A DNA stretch of 11,049 nt from the NCBI GenBank assembly GCA_049967655.1, contig JBMFSH010000063.1, positions 1 to 11,049 on the forward strand, written 5' to 3'. The stretch is from Acidobacteriota bacterium (GTDB taxonomy: Bacteria > Acidobacteriota > UBA4820 > DSQY01). The notes beneath the pieces are model-generated. The model was not told the DNA's origin. It searched no databases and saw nothing but the letters and a program-made list of their open reading frames with translations. The translations under genes and the position numbers were made by a program. The stretch's first letter is position 1; each line of letters begins with the position of its first letter. Positions 6,736-11,049 of the stretch are shown here, one piece after another.

Positions 6736-8034
6736 ATGAAGCGACTGGCCGTGACCGCCGCCCTCGTAACCCTATTCCCCCTGCTTCTTCCGGCCGCCTC
6801 GCCGCCCCAGCCTCCGGACAAGGCCTACTACGTCCCCCACTACGAAGATCCGGTCCTGAAACAGATGGAGGAGGCGGATCGGAAGACCCTGGAGGCTCGG
6901 GAGGCCAAGACCAGGGCCATCGACGACGCCCAGGAGGCCCTCGCCAAGCAGGAGGAGGCGCAGCGCAAGGACCTCACCTTCGACATGAGCAAGATCGCAC
7001 GGCCCTCCTCGCCCGCCGACTTCAAGGTGCAGGGCTGGCACTTCCCTCCGGTCGCCCAGTACCTCACGGGCACCTGCTGGTCCTTCTCCACCACCTCCTA
7101 TTTCGAGTCCGAGGTGGAGAGATTGACGGGCCGGAAAATCAAGCTCAGCGAGATGTGGACCGTCTACCACGAGTACCTGGAGAAGGCCAAGCGGTACGTC
7201 GAAACCCGCGGCCACTCGGTATTCGAGGAGGGCTCCGAGTCGGAGGCCATCCCGCGCATCTGGAAGAGCTACGGCATCGTCCCCGAGTCGGCCTACCCGG
7301 GCGTCCTCACCCCCGACGGCCGCTACGACCACTCCCAGATGCTCAAGGAGATGCAGGACTACCTCGCCTACTGCAAGGACCACGACTACTGGGATGAGGC
7401 TCAGATCCTGGACACCCTGAAGCTCATCATGAACAAGTACATGGGCGCTCCTCCCACACAGGTGAAGTGGGAGGGCCGGACTTACACGCCCCAGCAGTTC
7501 CTGACCGACGTGCTGAAGCTCCACCTGGACGATTACGTCAGCTTCATGTCCACCGAGTCCGTCCCCTTCTGGACCCAGGGCGAGTACAAGGTGGAGGACA
7601 ACTGGTGGCACGACAAGAGCTACTACAACGTGCCCCTGGAGGTCTGGTACGACGCCCTCGTGAAGGCCGTCAAGGCGGGCTCCACCGTGGTCATCGGCGG
7701 CGACGTGAGCGAACCCGGCTACTCCAGCGCCAACAAGATCGCCGTCATCCCCAGCTTCGACATCCCCCAGCGCGACATCAACCAGGATGCGAGGGAGCTC
7801 CGGTTTGAAGACGGAGCCACTTCGGACGACCACGGCATCCATCTCGTGGGGTATACGCGCATGGATGGCCACGACTGGTTCCTCATCAAGGATTCGGCCA
7901 GGGCCTCGCGGCGCGTGCCGCCCGACGGCTACTTCTACTACCGAGACGACTACGTGAAGCTCAAGATGCTCACCTACATGGTCAACAAGAGCTTCGTGAA
8001 GGACGTGCTCGCCCGCTGCACCCCCGCCCAGTGA
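6736..8034 (+). CDS. Secreted papain-like cysteine peptidase (C1 family, PepC/bleomycin-hydrolase-like), 432 aa
   Basis: SD AGGAGG then ATG 6736. Signal peptide MKRLAVTAALVTLFPLLLPA. Oxyanion Gln and catalytic Cys in QYLTGTCWSFS (Cys codon 7075), His in DDHGIHLVG (7831), third residue in WFLIKDS (7891). Also LSEM and YGIVPE motifs. Confidence 0.9.
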   Translation: MKRLAVTAALVTLFPLLLPAASPPQPPDKAYYVPHYEDPVLKQMEEADRKTLEAREAKTRAIDDAQEALAKQEEAQRKDLTFDMSKIARPSSPADFKVQGWHFPPVAQYLTGTCWSFSTTSYFESEVERLTGRKIKLSEMWTVYHEYLEKAKRYVETRGHSVFEEGSESEAIPRIWKSYGIVPESAYPGVLTPDGRYDHSQMLKEMQDYLAYCKDHDYWDEAQILDTLKLIMNKYMGAPPTQVKWEGRTYTPQQFLTDVLKLHLDDYVSFMSTESVPFWTQGEYKVEDNWWHDKSYYNVPLEVWYDALVKAVKAGSTVVIGGDVSEPGYSSANKIAVIPSFDIPQRDINQDARELRFEDGATSDDHGIHLVGYTRMDGHDWFLIKDSARASRRVPPDGYFYYRDDYVKLKMLTYMVNKSFVKDVLARCTPAQ

Positions 8035-8037
8035 TCT

Positions 8038-8101
8038 GGCGATGGGGGGACGGCCTCGCCCTCACCCACGACACCATGGGGGCGAGGCCGTCCCCATCGC
8101 C
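8038..8101. terminator. Long GC-rich hairpin right after the peptidase stop (terminator or REP-like)
   Basis: GGCGATGGGG(GG)ACGGCCTCGCCCTCA pairs with TGGGGGCGAGGCCGTCCCCATCGCC: about 25 bp with a GG bulge, one G-U pair and a 12-nt loop. No U-tract. Confidence 0.6.
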
Positions 8102-8125
8102 GCGATTCGCGCCCCCCTCCGCTCT

Positions 8126-8446
8126 CGGCCCCAAATTCCGCGATGGAAACGCGGGTGCCTTCGGCTACCGCTCGAGTTCACGGGGGAAAGGCGTTGTCTC
8201 CTGGACGGGGAGGGCCATGGCCTTGCCCCCCGAACCGCGAGCGAAGCCCGACGGTTCGGGAGATTGCCCTGCGGGGCCCCGCTCCACGGGCCAAGCCCGT
8301 GGAGCCTCACCCCACCCTTGGTGCCCTCTCGCCTTTGGCTCGAGGACGCCCCAATCCCTTGATAGGTGACAAGGGCCTCTTCTTCAATGGCTTGTCCCGC
8401 CTGATTTCCATGTTCTTTCCCTCGTTCCATCGCGGGATTGGGGTCG
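8126..8446. other. Structured non-coding element bounded by imperfect inverted repeats (candidate ncRNA or non-autonomous mobile element)
   Basis: Arms 8126-8155 and 8419-8446 are complementary, with a perfect core CCGCGATGGAA/TTCCATCGCGG. Nested stems: 8171-8178/8337-8344, 8187-8193/8330-8336, 8229-8260, 8266-8277, 8281-8305, 8356-8375. No credible ORF. The confidence refers to its being a discrete element; function is unknown. Confidence 0.55.
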
Positions 8447-8456
8447 GCGTGCTCCG

Positions 8457-8486
8457 TTGACAGCCCATCCGGCGGGCGATTACACT
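8457..8486 (+). promoter_or_regulatory. Near-consensus sigma70 promoter for the pseudokinase-TonB gene
   Basis: TTGACA (8457-8462), 18-nt spacer, TACACT (8481-8486), followed by purine-rich AAAGGGGG (8493-8500) and ATG 8507. Confidence 0.7.
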
Positions 8487-8506
8487 CGCTTCAAAGGGGG
8501 TTTACC

Positions 8507-10435
8507 ATGAAGCCGCGGACCTTTGGAGCCTTTCTCCTCGGTGAGAGCTTTTCCCGGACGTCGCTGGGCGAGTTCTTCCGGGCCGTGCCCCTGGATGGCC
8601 CTCAGGAGCTCCGCCTCGTCTTCGTGCCCGCGCCTGCGGTGGCCAAGACTCCGGAGGCCGTCAAGCTCATCCAGAGGAACTCCAAACAGTGGTCGGGCGT
8701 GAGGGATCTTCACACGCTCAACCTCATGGCTTCGGGTCTCGTGGAGGGCGCCCCCTACGCGGCCATCGAGCACTGCCCCGGGCGCCTCCTCTGCGACCTT
8801 CTGGAGAGGAGCCGGGCTGAGGGGCTTCCGCTCGCCCACGACCAGTCGGTCTACCTGGCCGAGCGGTTGGCCGGAGCGCTTTTGTCCCACTCCGGCGGCG
8901 GGCTGTTCCACGGCGCGCTCTCGCCCGAAAGCGTGCTGGTGACCTTCGAGGGCGAGGTGAAGGTGATCCCTGGCCTCTGCCGCGACCTCCAGACCACGCC
9001 CCTGCTGGCCGACCCCATCCTGCGAACGCTCCTCGGCTATCTGCCTGGAAGCTTGGCGGAAGGGAAGCCGGCCGGTCCCAATGCGGACATCTACGGGCTG
9101 GGAGCCATCTTCTTCCAGCTCTTGCTCAGGGAGCCTTTCCACACGGGGAGCTCCCCCTTCGACGCGGAGGCGCGAATCGGCGAGGCTGAAAAGGGCCTCG
9201 GCCCCAACGATGCCCTTCCGGGAAACCTCTCCGCCATCCTGAGAAAGAGCCTTCTGCCGGACCGGCCTGGGGCCTACACCGAGCTGGCCGCCATGAAGGC
9301 GGACCTGGACCAGCTCATCACCTCGGGGGAGTACAGCCCTACCACCTTCAACATCGCCTTTTTGATGCACTCCCTCTTTCGGGGAGAGGATGAGGCCGAC
9401 GCCTCCACGGACGATACCATACGGGCGCTGGACCGCGCGCCTTACCGCCCCAAGCCGGAGCCGATGCCCGAACCGGCCCCGGCGATCCCGGCGGCGCCCA
9501 CACCGATTGAACCCAGGCCCGCCGCCGCCCCGCCGACGGAGGAGTCCACCTTCGGCCTCGAGCCGGAGCCGAGCCGCAAGGGACTCTTCATCGGCCTCGG
9601 AGCGGCAGCAGCGCTGCTGGCGGTGGTCGGTCTGGTCTACCTAGCCTTTTTCAGGCCGAGGGGGCCCTCCCAGGCGGAGATCCAGGCCCAGCAGCAGCTC
9701 GCGCAGATCAGCGCGGAGCGAAGCCAGTTGAAGGCGCAGCAGGAGGAGATGAACAAGAAGATCCAGGATCTCCAGCGGGAGCGCGACGCCCTTCTGCAGA
9801 AGGCCCAGACGGCGAAGACGACCGCGGAGAAGGCCCAGGCCCAGAAGGCCCTGGAGGAGGCCCAGAAGCGCCTAAAGGCCCAGCAGGAGGCCCAGCGTCA
9901 GCTCACCGAATCCGGCGGCCGGCCCGCCGAGGGTTCGCCCCAACCGGCCGCTCCGGCGAAGGAGTCCGCCGCTCCCCATCCCGCACCGGCCCCCGCGGGG
10001 AGCAAGGGCACGCCTACTGCCGGACCCGCCTCGCCAGCCGCCACTGGATCTCCGGCCGAACCGGCGGAGGCTTCACCCGGCGCCAGCCCCGCCGCGGCGA
10101 AGACCAAGGCGGAGGCCCCTCCAGCGAAACAGATCAAGGCCGGCGATTTCGTGGAGCTCTGGGCGGTGGATGCGCGCCCCAAGCAGATCGGAGAGCTCTC
10201 CATCCGCGCCACTCCCCTGGCCATCCAGAACGGCCTGCACGGAACGATTTACGTGCAGGTCACCATCGACGAGACGGGACGCGTCACCGACGCGAAGATC
10301 GTCCGGGGCCTGACCCCCGACTTCGGCATGGACGAGGTCTGTCGCCAGGCCGCCTTGCGGGTCCGCTATTCTCCGGCCCTCAAGGACGGCGTCCCCGTCA
10401 AGACCACTCTGACCTACCCCATCGTCATTCGCTGA
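8507..10435 (+). CDS. Bitopic membrane protein: degenerate Ser/Thr kinase fold + Pro-rich linker + TM + coiled coil + Pro/Ala linker + TonB C-terminal domain, 642 aa
   Basis: Kinase-like blocks FGAFLL, IEHCPGRLL, FHGALSPESVLVTFEGEVKV, ADIYGLGAIFFQLL. TM GLFIGLGAAAALLAVVGLVYLAFF (about 9581-9652). Q/E/K-rich heptads about 9670-9905. TonB_C pattern GTIYVQVTIDETGRVTDAKIVRG...AALRVRYSPALKDGVPV. Start moved from 8438 to ATG 8507 on promoter and SD evidence. Confidence 0.88.
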   Translation: MKPRTFGAFLLGESFSRTSLGEFFRAVPLDGPQELRLVFVPAPAVAKTPEAVKLIQRNSKQWSGVRDLHTLNLMASGLVEGAPYAAIEHCPGRLLCDLLERSRAEGLPLAHDQSVYLAERLAGALLSHSGGGLFHGALSPESVLVTFEGEVKVIPGLCRDLQTTPLLADPILRTLLGYLPGSLAEGKPAGPNADIYGLGAIFFQLLLREPFHTGSSPFDAEARIGEAEKGLGPNDALPGNLSAILRKSLLPDRPGAYTELAAMKADLDQLITSGEYSPTTFNIAFLMHSLFRGEDEADASTDDTIRALDRAPYRPKPEPMPEPAPAIPAAPTPIEPRPAAAPPTEESTFGLEPEPSRKGLFIGLGAAAALLAVVGLVYLAFFRPRGPSQAEIQAQQQLAQISAERSQLKAQQEEMNKKIQDLQRERDALLQKAQTAKTTAEKAQAQKALEEAQKRLKAQQEAQRQLTESGGRPAEGSPQPAAPAKESAAPHPAPAPAGSKGTPTAGPASPAATGSPAEPAEASPGASPAAAKTKAEAPPAKQIKAGDFVELWAVDARPKQIGELSIRATPLAIQNGLHGTIYVQVTIDETGRVTDAKIVRGLTPDFGMDEVCRQAALRVRYSPALKDGVPVKTTLTYPIVIR

Positions 10436-10438
10436 GAG

Positions 10439-10487
10439 TCACAGACACCAGCGGGAGGGGCTTTGGAGCCCCTCCCGCCGGCTGTGA
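10439..10487. terminator. Probable bidirectional terminator hairpin between convergent genes
   Basis: Perfect 12-bp stem GCGGGAGGGGCT-ttgg-AGCCCCTCCCGC (10451-10478), extended by TCACAG/CTGTGA (10439-10444/10482-10487). It lies between stops at 10435 and 10514. No U-tract. Confidence 0.7.
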
Positions 10488-10513
10488 GGTCATCGAGGAA
10501 ACCACCCGCTCTA

Positions 10514-11047
10514 TCAGCGCGTGAAGGTTACGCCAAGGGATTCGCCCCCATCGGGATTCTTCACCGTGAGGATCACCGGCACGCCGGGAGGGATCATGGC
10601 CTTCAAGGCCTTGCCGCCCTTCGCCACCACGAGCGTGGTGCCCTTCGCCACGGAATTCGGGACGGCCACGTTGTTGATATACACCGTCGAGCCGCGCATG
10701 AAGCCGAGCCCGAAGACCCGCAGGCGGAAGGGACCCTCCTTGGCCTGGACCTGGCCGTTCAGGGCGGGGTTGGACACGGTGATGGTGACGGGAACCGGGC
10801 TCGTGGAGCATGGGTCTACGTCCGAGCTAGCGCTGTTACCCAGGGAGTCGTAAGCCGTGGCGGTGATGCTGGCCGACTCGTTGAGGCCGGCGGCGTCCCA
10901 GATGATGGCCCACGGCGGGGCGGTGGCCGAGCCCACGAGAGAACCGTTCACATAGAAATCCACGCGAGTAATCGTGGCCCCCGCCGTGGTCACCGGATTG
11001 GCCGCGATGGTGATGCTCGCATGGCCGACGCTTCCGGACGCCGGGGA
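10514..11047 (-). CDS. 3' part of a probably secreted protein: bacterial Ig-like (Big_7-type) domain followed by a C-terminal IPT/TIG-like beta domain; 5'-truncated by the window edge
   Basis: The frame stays open to the window end (SPASGSVGHASITIAANPVTTAG...). ITRVDFYVNGSLVGSATAPPW...WD...ITATAYDSLGNSASS is a typical Big_7 pattern. RLRVFGLGF...STVYIN...LTVKNPDGGES...FTR is IPT/TIG-like. Confidence 0.8.
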   Translation of the reverse strand, partial: SPASGSVGHASITIAANPVTTAGATITRVDFYVNGSLVGSATAPPWAIIWDAAGLNESASITATAYDSLGNSASSDVDPCSTSPVPVTITVSNPALNGQVQAKEGPFRLRVFGLGFMRGSTVYINNVAVPNSVAKGTTLVVAKGGKALKAMIPPGVPVILTVKNPDGGESLGVTFTR

Positions 11048-11049
11048 GG

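Noticed and set aside
6772..7872. 366-aa minus strand ORF
   Set aside because: Antisense shadow of the C1 peptidase with no recognisable domain.
49..8034. Peptide-scavenging module formed by the POT-like transporter and the secreted C1 peptidase
   Set aside because: The genes are over 5 kb apart, on opposite strands and separated by unrelated genes; no shared regulatory motif was seen.
8038..8446. CRISPR array, tRNA or integron attC interpretation of the hairpin cluster
   Set aside because: No regularly spaced direct repeats, no cloverleaf or T-loop motif, and no RYYYAAC/GTTRRRY boxes.
8031..8460. Four 105-122 aa ORFs in the peptidase/pseudokinase intergenic region
   Set aside because: Mutually overlapping, Pro/Gly/Arg-rich, no convincing SD and no motifs; the region is better explained by its inverted repeats.
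9440..10130. Tandem-repeat appearance of CCG/GCC-rich stretches
   Set aside because: Explained by the Pro/Ala-rich linkers of the TonB-domain protein; no exact DNA repeat unit.

Overview
GC-rich bacterial chromosomal window with seven intact or partial CDSs and one pseudogene. In order: POT-like MFS transporter (-), a decayed glutathione peroxidase remnant (+), a TPR-containing Slt-type lytic transglycosylase (-) apparently co-transcribed with a long-form acyl-CoA dehydrogenase (-), a divergent OsmC-family protein (+), a secreted papain-like C1 peptidase with Asp at the usual catalytic Asn position (+), a membrane protein joining a catalytically dead Ser/Thr kinase fold to a TonB C-terminal domain (+), and the 3' end of a convergent Ig-like-domain protein (-) cut by the window edge. 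No rRNA, tRNA, CRISPR array or transposase was seen. The most interesting items are (i) a ~320-nt non-coding, multi-hairpin element at 8126-8446 closed by ~28-30-bp imperfect inverted repeats and ending 10 bp before a near-consensus sigma70 promoter, (ii) the pseudokinase-TM-coiled-coil-TonB_C fusion, which looks like a trans-envelope signalling protein, and (iii) the GPx remnant with three separate lesions. All family calls come from motif recognition by eye; no database searches were run.
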